Source: a bacterium (GTDB taxonomy: Bacteria > UBA8248). Taken from it: 64,000 nucleotides of DNA. Shown in pieces: positions 20,257 through 30,787 of this stretch. Every line of letters starts with the position of its first letter. The first letter of the stretch is position 1. The stretch spans positions 1,664,001-1,728,000 of the forward strand of contig OZ244799.1 in NCBI GenBank assembly GCA_965219955.1, read 5' to 3'. Below the pieces are notes generated by a model. The model made no database searches. It saw nothing but the letters and a program-made list of their open reading frames with translations, and was not told where the DNA came from. The position numbers were made by a program, and so were the translations under genes.

Positions 20257-20565
20257 GACGTCCGTCCCTGGATAAATTCGGGCCGTTTATACCAGCCCGG
20301 AACACGCTGACAGGTTGATATTATCGGGAAATATCCGGGCGGGAGGACACGCAGGGCAGATATATATGTCTGACGATGTGTCTGCCCCGCTCCCGTGATT
20401 GCCCCTTGCGGAACGGGAAATCCCACATTGGGCCGTTCACTAAAACAACCCGCTACGAAGGCGGTGCGGTTTGTTCGTCATTCCGGTATTCCCTCCCTCC
20501 TCGGGGCTGTTGAAAACGCCACATTTCAGGGGGTAGAGGAGAAGCCCCTCTCGGATAGAAAGGCA

Positions 20566-20661
20566 CCCCCCCCTACCCCCCCTTGTCAGGGGGCAAGAAA
20601 AGGCAAAGCCCCCTCAGCCCGACGGGGGCACATCGCCTTTTTATACCCCCCTGACAAGGGG
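20566..20661. repeat. Palindromic REP-like doublet (CCCCCTTGTCAGGGGG ... CCCCCTGACAAGGGG)
   Basis: Related copies at ~57225-57332, 57141-57165 and 28932-28956. Confidence 0.75.
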
Positions 20662-20910
20662 TTGTTGAAAAAATCCCGTGGAGCGATTTTGGTTGAGCGC
20701 AAGTTTTTGAATTTCACTCCCCCCTTGAGGGGGAGTCGAAGAGCTGAGGGCGTAAGCCCGAAAGCGATTCGGTGGGGGGTATAATTCGGAATGGCAATAA
20801 AACGCATTTTACCCCCCACCGAGTCAGCCTTCGCACAAACCGCTCGGCTTCCTCGACTCCCCCTCAAGGGGGGAGTGATTCCTCTCTCCTCGGACTTTTT
20901 CAACAGCCCC
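20658..20910. mobile_element. MITE-like element with GGGGTTGTTGAAAAA / TTTTTCAACAGCCCC terminal inverted repeats
   Basis: Terminal inverted repeats visible at both ends; internal inverted pair TCACTCCCCCCTTGAGGGGGAGTCG / CGACTCCCCCTCAAGGGGGGAGTGA; no transposase. Confidence 0.65.
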
Positions 20911-21138
20911 CTCAAGGAGGGGTGATTGGTTGGCACTCTGCAAGGGAAGGGAGTGGCGTCTCCTCCCCGGTCGGCCTCGTACACCGAATCACGAAATCAG
21001 GGCTGTTCTGCGGCCCCAATAATGTTCGCATTCCACAAATCTTCCGTTAGTCAGAATATAATGGTGCAGGAATAGCATTTGCTCCGACTTGTTTGGTTTC
21101 AGGTAGTTTCTGCGCCCCAAATTTCCGCGTCTTTCAAT

Positions 21139-22461
21139 CTACCAAAACCGCCCTGCGGGTCGCTCGAGCCCGTAGTGTTCCCGCAGCGTCTTGCCTTTAT
21201 ATTCCGTCCGGAACAGCCCGCGTCGCTGAAGAATCGGGATCACCTCTTCAACAAAAGCATCCAGCATCGTGGGGAAAAGCGGCGGCATCACATTGAAACC
21301 ATCGGCGGCGCCGTCGCGGAACCAGTCCTCAATCAAATCGGCGACCTGTTCGGGCGTGCCGGCGAAAGTAAAGTGGCCGCGAGCACCGGCAAAACGGGCC
21401 AGAAGCTGGCGCAAAGTAAGGCCTTCGTTGCGTACGAGATTGACGACCAGCTCGGACCGGCTGCGCATGGTTTCGACACCGGAGGGTGGAGGGAAATCGT
21501 CCGGCGTCAGCGGCCGGTCCAGCGGCAGATGCGAGAAATCATGTCCGTCGAACCGTGAAGAGAGCGTGCGGCGACCGCTCTCCGGGTCCGTACTCTCGTT
21601 GAGTTCCTGTTCCATCCGTTTTGCTTCGGTCTCGGTCGGCGCAATCATCGGGCTGAGTCCAGGCAGAATCAGGATTTGGTTTGCATCACGGCCCGCCGCA
21701 ACCGCTCGCTTCTTGATATCCGTGTAAAACTTCTGCGCCGTCGCCTTTTCGAGGTGGGCCGTAAATACCGCCTCCGCGTGACGCGAAGCAAAATCACGTC
21801 CGGCATCCGACGATCCCGCCTGCACCAGCACCGGTCGCCCCTGCGGACTGCGCGGCAGGGTCAGCGGCCCCGCGACGCTGTAATACTCGCCCTTGAAGTC
21901 GATTGGACGAATTCGCTCACTTTTGGCGTAGACGCCGCCGCTGCGATCATCGACCACGGCGTCATCGGCCCAGCTGTCCCACAAATCTTTGACGACCCGG
22001 ACGAATTCCTCGGCCATCAGGTAGCGGTCCGCATGCTTGTCCTGCCCCGCATCACCGTAATTGCGCGCGACCTTCGCCATCCAGGTGGTGACGATATTCC
22101 AGCCGGCGCGGCCATTGCTGATGTGGTCAATCGAGCTGAACTGCCGCGCAAGGTTGAAGGCCTCGGTATATGTGCTCGACCCCGTCGCGATCAGCCCGAT
22201 CCGCTCGGTTGCGACGGCGAGCGCCGCCAGTAAAGTGATTGGTTCCAGCCAGAGCCGCCCGGCGCGCGGAGCATCCGGCGTCAACATCAGCGAATCGGCG
22301 AAAAAGATCGAATCAAAATGCGCCGCCTCCGCGCGCCTAGCCAAATCCACATAGTAGTTTATATCGGTAAGCGAGGCTGTCGAAGAATCGGGATGGTTCC
22401 AGGCCGCTTCGTGGTGGCCCCGGGACTGGATGAACAAATTGAGGTGAAGTTGCCTGGTCAT
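21139..22461 (-). CDS. LLM-class flavin-dependent monooxygenase (NtaA/SnaA/DszA family)
   Basis: FFADSL, LEP..LLAALA, SNGRAGWNIVT, SPQGRPVLVQAGSS and DGFNVMP. Confidence 0.93.
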   Translation of the reverse strand: MTRQLHLNLFIQSRGHHEAAWNHPDSSTASLTDINYYVDLARRAEAAHFDSIFFADSLMLTPDAPRAGRLWLEPITLLAALAVATERIGLIATGSSTYTEAFNLARQFSSIDHISNGRAGWNIVTTWMAKVARNYGDAGQDKHADRYLMAEEFVRVVKDLWDSWADDAVVDDRSGGVYAKSERIRPIDFKGEYYSVAGPLTLPRSPQGRPVLVQAGSSDAGRDFASRHAEAVFTAHLEKATAQKFYTDIKKRAVAAGRDANQILILPGLSPMIAPTETEAKRMEQELNESTDPESGRRTLSSRFDGHDFSHLPLDRPLTPDDFPPPSGVETMRSRSELVVNLVRNEGLTLRQLLARFAGARGHFTFAGTPEQVADLIEDWFRDGAADGFNVMPPLFPTMLDAFVEEVIPILQRRGLFRTEYKGKTLREHYGLERPAGRFW

Positions 22462-22727
22462 TGAAGGTAACGGCTCTCATCAGGGGAAGGCGGGATTGTT
22501 CAACATCATACTGAATTTACGAACAGGAGCACAAACTCAGGAGTTACGCTCAGAGCTGATGTATGGGCTGAATTGAAGATGGCGGCGCAGGGCCAAGGGC
22601 ACCGCATGCACGGCTTCCGTCAACTATGTGCTCGCTGATGTGAATTTTATCGACGGGGTGGACAAAAGAAAAACAGAAAAGAAAACTGCTTTATTCTCGA
22701 CGCCAATACAGCAGATTTGAGATTAGC

Positions 22728-25682
22728 TCAAATGGCATTTTGTCCCGCAGACTCTAGAAACGAAATTACTCTATTTACCTGTAGCCCCCGCCCATTTTTA
22801 TCTGCTTTTATTTGAGCCTGAAAACTAATACCAACTTTTAGTTTATTTCTGTCTGTAGAAGGGACAACGGAAAAATGAAAGAATGCGTCTCTTGAGCCGT
22901 CCGCAATTTGAACAAACCCGTACCCTCTGTCTTCAAATACGCGAATAATCCGGCAATCAGCAATCTCAACCCCTCCCGGTTCAGTTTCTATATCATGAAC
23001 TTGAGTAATATGAAGCCCCTTTGCATTGCGACCAACGTCACAAAGCAGGTCATCACCGTCGCTCACATAGTCTATACCGCTTTCATGAAGTTGTTGGGCA
23101 TGCATAAAAACTTGTCCGTCAACACCTTCTAAATCAACAAAGCCATACCCTTTTTCGGCATCGAACCAATCGACTGTGGCAATAATACCTTCATAAACTA
23201 ACCCTTCTTGGTATTCGCTAATGCTCGATTCACCGACTTCTTCGTCCGAAAAAGATATCGCTTGAATAAAATGCTCTAATCGAGTTTTGAGATTTAATTG
23301 GCATTTGTATTGTTCAAGTTGATGAGGAATAGACATATAATTTTTATCTTCATCAAAAAGATATAAAACAAACATCTCCCTAATAGAATTCATTTTTTCA
23401 TCAAATGAAGCATTGGAAAAATAAATATCTCTAATCTGGTGGGCTATATCTTCATTTACGATTGCTGTTGTAAGCGCCATTTGTTCAAGAAAGATATTGT
23501 TATTCAAAGCTAAACGCAGGTGAGCTCTACCACTAAAAGAAATTGCCAACCTTTGTCCCGGGGAAAGATCCTGAACAGAGGCGTCATACGGCTCAATTAG
23601 CCCCGCCTCAAGTAATGAGATAAGCGCTCTGTCAACGGAAGATTCTGTACATCCAACCGCTTCAAAATAATTGAAAATAGACTGAACGCTACTATGCCTT
23701 TTGTCGATCGATTTCCCTGACTGATACAAAGAATCTAAGAGTGATAAAATTCTCAAAGCCATTAGTGGTGACTGTCGAATTTCTTGGTCTACTTGGAATA
23801 TCGGGAATACTTCATGGGCATCTCCTCGCTTATAAGCTTCATGATCACCTTTAATAAGCGCATTCATAAATTTTGAATAATTTGTTGCGACAGTCTCGTA
23901 AGTGATAAACGAACTAATTAAATCATCGATTTTAAAAATCGCTGACGTTATGACTCTTTTTGAAAGAAGCAATGTCCTACGAATGTTATAGTTCGTGAGC
24001 TCCCCAATTAAACTTGATGTGTAGTCTTGCTCAACAAACACGTTTTCGAGAACCTCTGCAAAACGATTCAGGTTGCCGATCGAAACTCTTATTCCACGAC
24101 TAGAAAAGTAGCTTCTACGTTCTTCCTCGCTGAATTTTTCAGAGAGACGCTGTTTGAGGAAACTAATGCGCCTTCTAAATACTTCCCTCGGTGCAGGAGT
24201 TGGCAGGAAGAACGATCTGGATTGATATATCCCGAATATGTCTGTCTTAGAAAATGACCAAGCAGATTTATCAGTTACTGGAAATATAAGAAGACAATGA
24301 TTCGCATGCCTCCGCAATGATTGCGCAAATTGAAAGATTATTCTTTTGTACTCCATAGAGAATTCATCAGTATTGTCAATCAGAATTATGGGAAGTTTTT
24401 TTCTATTTTGTACTGTATCCGCCAATATTCTTTTCAGATATCCTTCTCTGTCATTTTCAACATTGTCATCAAGATATTCGCTGAATTTCTCCTTGAACCT
24501 TTCTCTATCATTTTGGTAAAGATGAGCATCCACTCCCTTTGAGCGACGCTGGTACTCTGAATAATACAGTCCTCGAAGCTGATTCCATGAAGGTGCCCCG
24601 TCTTGATAAACCTGACTCTCTAGAGAGGAAATAATGTTTTCCGTTAGCCATTGGAGAACAGTTTCATCTCGACCAGAAGCGTCTAGGCAATTCACCCGCA
24701 CCACTAAACATTGACGGCGTATTGATTTCGAGAGGGTTTTTCGAAAGAATCGATCAAGGAAAGTAGATTTACCCGCACCTGTGGGGCCTACAATAAATAT
24801 TGTTTGCCCAGAATCCACCTCAACAGCCGCCTCGATTAGATTAGCAAGTTCTTTATCAACGTCTTTGTCTACAGGAGAAATATTACCTAAAACGTTTGCG
24901 GTGATTTTTTCGAGTGAAAAATCAGCTATTCGACTTTCGCGTGTTTCGACAAAACAATCGATTAACATATCGGCGTCTTCATCACCGGTCAGTCTCTCGA
25001 AAAATTTAGTAAATACCCGGTCGAGATCAAATGCGAGATTGTTTTTAGGAGAGATTTTTATTTTATTTTCTTCAAGAGGCGCAAAGAGAGGCTGGGTCAA
25101 TAACAATCGATTTTGATGTAATTTATCGAAAATTAGATTATACGCTTTTTTCTTTAATAGTTCTTTTGAAATGAGTTCGTAGAAGATTTGGAAGTCAGAA
25201 AGTACCGCGTTAAGACTGGGGAAAACTATAGCTTCTTTGTTTTTGAAATTTTCTCCGGCGACAAAAGGTTTAAATATGACCCAAGTCAAGCCATCAGTAA
25301 GAACTGCTATAGAAAGACCATTAGGTGTGGCATAACTAGCTGCTTGTTCAATCCCGGGGAGCGCATTTTTTAGCCCTGGACCGGAAATCTTCAAATGCCG
25401 GAGACGATTATTTTCGGTAGTCTCAATCTCAATGCTTCCAGTACGCTTTGCTTCAATAAGCAATGTGGGTTCGCTATCAATAGATAGAAGATAATCTGAA
25501 TATCCGTTCTCGTTCTTTATCTCAGCTCCGATATCCGAAAAAGACCAATTGAGACCCTCAGTTACTATCCTCGTGATTAATTGTATTTTGGAATCTTCTT
25601 CGGTCTTTATATTTGAGATATTCTTTAGGGATTCATCAACAATTTTTTTTGTTTTTTCAAAAGCACCATCTAAGGCAATCAT
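22728..25682 (-). CDS. 984-aa protein: HsdR_N-like PD-(D/E)xK nuclease + P-loop NTPase + two C-terminal cold-shock domains; putative defence protein
   Basis: EEDSK...SDYLL...LIEAKR...QAASYA...VLTDG.W; Walker A GPTGAGKST; Walker B IILIDNTD; WFDAEKGYGFV..VFMH and RGYGFV..AFFH; markedly AT-rich DNA. Confidence 0.8.
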   Translation of the reverse strand: MIALDGAFEKTKKIVDESLKNISNIKTEEDSKIQLITRIVTEGLNWSFSDIGAEIKNENGYSDYLLSIDSEPTLLIEAKRTGSIEIETTENNRLRHLKISGPGLKNALPGIEQAASYATPNGLSIAVLTDGLTWVIFKPFVAGENFKNKEAIVFPSLNAVLSDFQIFYELISKELLKKKAYNLIFDKLHQNRLLLTQPLFAPLEENKIKISPKNNLAFDLDRVFTKFFERLTGDEDADMLIDCFVETRESRIADFSLEKITANVLGNISPVDKDVDKELANLIEAAVEVDSGQTIFIVGPTGAGKSTFLDRFFRKTLSKSIRRQCLVVRVNCLDASGRDETVLQWLTENIISSLESQVYQDGAPSWNQLRGLYYSEYQRRSKGVDAHLYQNDRERFKEKFSEYLDDNVENDREGYLKRILADTVQNRKKLPIILIDNTDEFSMEYKRIIFQFAQSLRRHANHCLLIFPVTDKSAWSFSKTDIFGIYQSRSFFLPTPAPREVFRRRISFLKQRLSEKFSEEERRSYFSSRGIRVSIGNLNRFAEVLENVFVEQDYTSSLIGELTNYNIRRTLLLSKRVITSAIFKIDDLISSFITYETVATNYSKFMNALIKGDHEAYKRGDAHEVFPIFQVDQEIRQSPLMALRILSLLDSLYQSGKSIDKRHSSVQSIFNYFEAVGCTESSVDRALISLLEAGLIEPYDASVQDLSPGQRLAISFSGRAHLRLALNNNIFLEQMALTTAIVNEDIAHQIRDIYFSNASFDEKMNSIREMFVLYLFDEDKNYMSIPHQLEQYKCQLNLKTRLEHFIQAISFSDEEVGESSISEYQEGLVYEGIIATVDWFDAEKGYGFVDLEGVDGQVFMHAQQLHESGIDYVSDGDDLLCDVGRNAKGLHITQVHDIETEPGGVEIADCRIIRVFEDRGYGFVQIADGSRDAFFHFSVVPSTDRNKLKVGISFQAQIKADKNGRGLQVNRVISFLESAGQNAI

Positions 25683-26156
25683 TTTATTGTTCTTTCATTA
25701 TCGTTTGATAGTCCATCGCCAGCCCGGAATAATCACGGCAATGCAAATACCCAGTTTGTTAACATGGAGTATTTCGTTGTAGTTGTTTGGGCATTTGTTG
25801 TTTGTATGTATAACTTCATGAACAACGAAAATTGACACACTCCCATCACTAAAAATACCAGTTTCCCCTTAGCTCTTCCAGCCGCTAAAAACAAGAAAGT
25901 GGCGCCAGCCACGACATTTAGGCAAGAGGACAAACAGTCAACATTTGGCGTTGGCACATCAATAACATCGAAGCTGGAAAACTTAAAAGTATTTGTGGAA
26001 CAAAATATATATTCCAAAAGAGACAATTACATAGGCGCGTTCCCGACATACGCCGACGTAATCTTACGAAAAGTGCGTTTCGGCGTTTTACGCTTTCGAG
26101 AACAAGCGCCTACCCGACCCGTCGCCCCCGGCATTCAGGGGCCACCGGTTCAAGCG

Positions 26157-26417
26157 TCACAAATACTTCCTGAACCAGTCGACCGCCTCGACCATGCCGA
26201 TTTCGTGGTGTTCGGGGCTGCAGAAATAATAGGACTCGTAGTGCTGCGCGCCGGGGAGCTTGACGATCTTCTTGGGCTCCCCGCAGGCCTCGTAGCATCT
26301 GATCTGCTGGTCCACGGGTACCAGGAAATCGTTTTCCGAGTAGATGAACATGACTGGACGCGGCGCGATCCTGTCCGCCACCCACTCGGGCTTGTAGCGC
26401 CAGCAGGCTTCCGCGCT
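26157..26417 (-). pseudogene. Duplicated 3' fragment of the adjacent alpha/beta hydrolase gene
   Basis: ~260-bp near-identical direct copy of 26763-27023, encoding ...SAEACWRYKPEWVADRIAPR...WFRKYL*; no 5' part. Confidence 0.85.
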
Positions 26418-26762
26418 CTCAAGGCGGGAAGCCCTTTATTTTCAATAGAAATTCGGCGTTAACTAAACCGCCAAACAAGTGCCTCCAATATCCGCAGGCC
26501 GGCGTGGGCGGGTCGAGCGCGAAGGACGAGAACTTGCCTTTCATCGCCCCGTGTCGCATATTTTTCCTGGCGCCCGAGTCATTTCGCAATCGCCTCATGC
26601 CTTCGGGAGAGTGCGGGGGTTGTGGCCCGCCGGGCGCCGCTTTTTTATTCCCCCCCGATCTCCTCGAGTATCAACGCCCGCGCCTCGTCTGCAGGTATGT
26701 TGTCGAGCTTGCCGATGAGCCGCTCCGCTGCCTCGCCGTCCACCATTCCACGCGCTCAAATG

Positions 26763-27653
26763 CTACAAATACTTCCTGAACCACTCAATCGCCTCGACCA
26801 TGCCGATCTCGTGGTGTTCGGGGCTGCAGAAATAATAGGACTCGTAATGCTGCGCGCCGGGGAGCTTGACGATCTTCTTGGGCTCGCCGCAGGCCTCGTA
26901 GCATCTGATCTGCTGGTCCACGGGCACGAGGAAATCGTTTTCCGAGTAGATGAACATGACGGGGCGCGGGGCGATCCTGTCGGCCACCCACTCGGGCTTG
27001 TAGCGCCAGCAGGCTTCCGCGCTTTGGAGATCATAGTCCTTCACGTAGTCGCCGTGTTTCTGGTGGTTCTCCTGGATGACCTGGAGCGTATGGGGGTCGC
27101 AGAGCATGATCTCGGGCAGCGGCATCGTGGTCGGCTCGCCGGTGGTGACGCGCTTTCGGGCGGCTTCCATCACCGTCTTCTGGAACGAGTCCCACTCGTG
27201 CGGCCTACGCACCGAGCGCATCCAGCGCTCGCCCTCGTGCACCCCCACCGAGGAGACCACCACCTTCACGCGCTCATCGAAGGCCGCCACCCAGATGGCG
27301 TTCGCCCCGCCGAAGCTCGTGCCGAAAATACCGATGCGCTCGGGGTCCACGCCCTCGACGGTCTCCATGTAGGAGATGGCGTCGTAGGTATCCTGCGCCT
27401 GCTCCAGGGGCCGCTGGCGGCCGCGCTCGCCCTCGCTCTTGCCGAAGCCGCGGTGATCGGGCGCGAGGATGAAGTAGCCCTCCTCCCAGAGGCGTCTGGG
27501 AACGTCCATCCCGTAGACCTCCTTCATCCCGCTGTAGCCGTGCAGGCAGATGATGGCCGGTCTGGCGGGGTCGCCCGCTTGCCAGTCTTTCGGCGTATAG
27601 AGGTGGGAGGCGATTTTGAGGCCGTCGCTGTAGTAAACAATCTCTTCGTACAT
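26763..27653 (-). CDS. Alpha/beta fold hydrolase
   Basis: CLHGY, DHRGFGKSEG, GTSFGG nucleophile elbow, D..VP and GAQH; ATG after GGAGGGG. Confidence 0.9.
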   Translation of the reverse strand: MYEEIVYYSDGLKIASHLYTPKDWQAGDPARPAIICLHGYSGMKEVYGMDVPRRLWEEGYFILAPDHRGFGKSEGERGRQRPLEQAQDTYDAISYMETVEGVDPERIGIFGTSFGGANAIWVAAFDERVKVVVSSVGVHEGERWMRSVRRPHEWDSFQKTVMEAARKRVTTGEPTTMPLPEIMLCDPHTLQVIQENHQKHGDYVKDYDLQSAEACWRYKPEWVADRIAPRPVMFIYSENDFLVPVDQQIRCYEACGEPKKIVKLPGAQHYESYYFCSPEHHEIGMVEAIEWFRKYL

Positions 27654-27744
27654 GCAGGTTTCCCCCTCCAGGCTATGCCGCGGAAATCGGCTTAAGCACA
27701 AAATTACAATAACTTACGACATATGCGCCGCAGGATGCTTTCCG

Positions 27745-28584
27745 CTATCCGGCTTCGATGCCCCGCAACTCGCGGAGCAGGTCTCCGGCGTCGGGCGCGC
27801 GCATGAGCGCCTCGCCGACGAGGATGGCGTCCACTCCCTCGTCCACCAGGGGAGCCACTTCGCGCCAGCCGAATATCCCGCTCTCTGAAACGAGCACGAG
27901 TTCTTCTCTCTGCTCCGGCGTGAGCCGCCCGAACACGCGGGACGTATGCTGCGTATCCACCTCGAAGGTCTTCAAGTTCCGGTTGTTCACGCCGAGCACC
28001 CGGGTTCCCGCCGCGAGGGCGCGAGCGAGTTCTTCCTCGGCGTACACCTCCACGAGCGCGTCCATGCCGAGTTCTTCTGTGAGCGCGCGCAAATCCTCCA
28101 TCTGCGACGTCTCGAGGATGGCCGCGATGAGCAAAACGGCGTCCGCACCGCCCGCGCGTGCCTCCAGAATCTGGTATTCGGTGAAGATAAACTCTTTTCT
28201 GAGAACGGGGAGAGCCACTGCCTCGCGCACTTGTTCGAGATGCGCCATCTCGCCGAGAAAACGCCTCCGCTCGGTCAGCACCGAGACGGCGGCGGCGCCA
28301 CCCGCCTCATAGGCCCGGGCGATTTCGGCCGGCTGGAACGTCTCGGCGATCTGTCCCTGGGAGGGGGAGGCCTGCTTCACCTCGGCGATGACGCGCATCC
28401 GGCCGCCGCCTGCATCATCGCTAGATTCAGACCGCCTGAGCGCGCCTGCGAAACCCACAGTCGGCGGCGCATCCTTCGCCATCGACTTGAGGTCGGCTTC
28501 GGAGCGCCTTCTCTTGTCCGAGGCGATGTCCTCGCGAACGCCTTCCACGAGTTTATCGAGAACCGTATGCGTCGCAATCGTCAA
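27745..28584 (-). CDS. trpC: Indole-3-glycerol phosphate synthase
   Basis: IAEVKQASPSQG, SVLTE, VLRKEF, GVNNRNL and VSESGI. Confidence 0.97.
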   Translation of the reverse strand: MTIATHTVLDKLVEGVREDIASDKRRRSEADLKSMAKDAPPTVGFAGALRRSESSDDAGGGRMRVIAEVKQASPSQGQIAETFQPAEIARAYEAGGAAAVSVLTERRRFLGEMAHLEQVREAVALPVLRKEFIFTEYQILEARAGGADAVLLIAAILETSQMEDLRALTEELGMDALVEVYAEEELARALAAGTRVLGVNNRNLKTFEVDTQHTSRVFGRLTPEQREELVLVSESGIFGWREVAPLVDEGVDAILVGEALMRAPDAGDLLRELRGIEAG

Positions 28585-28632
28585 AATATCATGCTCCCAG
28601 CAGGAATCGACAACCTACAGGCCAGCGAAACC

Positions 28633-29020
28633 GGGCTTGTTGAAAAAGTCTCCACATCTCTCTCATCCTGAGTAGCGGCCCCTCGACTTCGCTCGGGACA
28701 AACTCTGCCCACACCTTCCTCATCCTGAGTAGCCGCCGAAGGCGGCGTATCGAAGGTCAATCGCGCCCAATGCGGAAGCGATTGCTCCGCACGCCGGGAG
28801 ACGCCTCTCATCCTTCGATACGGCGCTTGCGCGCCTACTCAGGATGAGGTTTTGTGGCCACCTGCGCGGCAGAAAGGGAGCACCGCCACGTAACCCCAAT
28901 ACCGCATGTCCCAGACGAGGCTTTTTCTACAGCCCTGACAAGGGGGGTAGGAGAGGGTGCTATTACAGTCGAGAGGGGCGTCCTCTCTACTCCCTAATTA
29001 GGGGCCTTTTCAACAATCCC
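28633..29020. mobile_element. MITE-like / composite repeat element between trpD and trpC
   Basis: Ends GGGCTTGTTGAAAAAG and CTTTTCAACAATCCC are inverted repeats; interior has TCATCCTGAGTAG...CTACTCAGGATGA palindromic repeats. Confidence 0.65.
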
Positions 29021-29037
29021 AGGCCGCATCGCTTGGC

Positions 29038-30048
29038 TCAGGAGTTGGACACTTCCACGAGGCGCGCCAGCACCCCCGCCGCCTCGCCTGAATCTATCGC
29101 CGAAGCCGCCTGCGCGACGCCCTCTCTCAAATCCCCCGCCCTGTCCGCGGCGATGAGCGCAGCGGCGGCGTTCAGGAGCACGATGTCGCGCTTTGGGCCT
29201 TTCTCGCCGCCAAGGATGGCGCGCGTGATATCCGCGTTCTCCGCAGGCTCGCCTCCCTTCACGGCGTCCGGGTCTGCGCGAGAGAGACCCGCATCCTCGG
29301 GCGTTACGTCATACGTCCTGATCTCGCTGCCGTCCCATTCCGATACGCGCGAGGAGCCGGTAAGCGTCAACTCGTCCATGCCGTCCGACCCGTGTACCAC
29401 CAGCGCCTTCTGGCAACCCACCTGCCGCAGCACGTCCGCCACCAGTTCGGTGAGTTCGGGCGCGTACACGCCCACCAACTGGCTCTGGGCGCGCGCGGGA
29501 TTCGTGAGCGGCCCCATGACGTTGAAGATGCTGCGCATGGCGATCTCGCGCCTGGGGCCGATGGCGTGCTTCATCGCGCCGTGCAGCATGGGCGCGAACA
29601 GAAAACCGACGCCCGCCTCGTCGATGCACTCGCCCACCTTCCCGGGCGAGGCCTCGATGTTGACGCCGAGCGCCTTCAAGACGTCGGCGGCGCCCGATTT
29701 GCTCGACACCGCGCGGTTGCCGTGCTTCGCGACCGGCTGGCCCGCCGCCGCCACGACGAGGGCGGCGCTCGTGCTGATGTTGAAGGTATGGGCGCCGTCG
29801 CCGCCCGTGCCCACCACGTCGATGACGAAGGGGTGTTTCGTCTTCACCCACGTCGCCCTGGCGCGCATGGAGCGGACGCTGCCCGCGATCTCCTCGGGCG
29901 TCTCCCCCGCCATGCGGAGCGCCACGAGGTAGGCGCCGATCTGGGCCTGTGTGGCCTCGCCCGTCATGATGAGGTCCATCACCTTCTCCGCCTCATCCGC
30001 GCTCAAGTGCCGGCCTTCCACGAGCTTTCCGATGGCTTCCTGAATCAT
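29038..30048 (-). CDS. trpD: Anthranilate phosphoribosyltransferase
   Basis: GTGGDG, NIST, KHGNRAVSSKSGAADVL and GPLTNP. Confidence 0.98.
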   Translation of the reverse strand: MIQEAIGKLVEGRHLSADEAEKVMDLIMTGEATQAQIGAYLVALRMAGETPEEIAGSVRSMRARATWVKTKHPFVIDVVGTGGDGAHTFNISTSAALVVAAAGQPVAKHGNRAVSSKSGAADVLKALGVNIEASPGKVGECIDEAGVGFLFAPMLHGAMKHAIGPRREIAMRSIFNVMGPLTNPARAQSQLVGVYAPELTELVADVLRQVGCQKALVVHGSDGMDELTLTGSSRVSEWDGSEIRTYDVTPEDAGLSRADPDAVKGGEPAENADITRAILGGEKGPKRDIVLLNAAAALIAADRAGDLREGVAQAASAIDSGEAAGVLARLVEVSNS

Positions 30049-30187
30049 GTGCGCAAATCCTCATAAAGTGGTGAAGTCTTCATTGGTTCCCGCTCAACAG
30101 CGGCCCCTGCGCTGTACGCCCGCCCCGAGATCACCTGCGCGATTATCGCCGGTTCGGGGCCACCATACCGCGTCCGCGCGGGTTCCC

Positions 30188-30772
<585 letters not shown>

Positions 30773-30787
30773 GTCGCCTTCTCCGCC

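Noticed and set aside
20244-21050. ORFs called across the repeat cluster (also 57148-57462 and 39620-40077)
   Set aside because: They are translations of palindromic non-coding repeats.
22462-22727. Riboswitch upstream of the LLM monooxygenase
   Set aside because: No recognisable FMN/SAM aptamer consensus or terminator.
22728-25682. Type I restriction enzyme HsdR
   Set aside because: No DEAD/H helicase motifs and no hsdM/hsdS; only the N-terminal nuclease module is shared.
25690-26150. Partner gene upstream of the nuclease-NTPase-CSD gene
   Set aside because: Only short ORFs without a convincing RBS or motifs; cannot be supported, although a small partner is not excluded.
26157-27023. Template/variable repeat pair of a diversity-generating retroelement
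   Set aside because: Mismatches are mostly synonymous and not adenine-specific, and there is no reverse transcriptase in the window.
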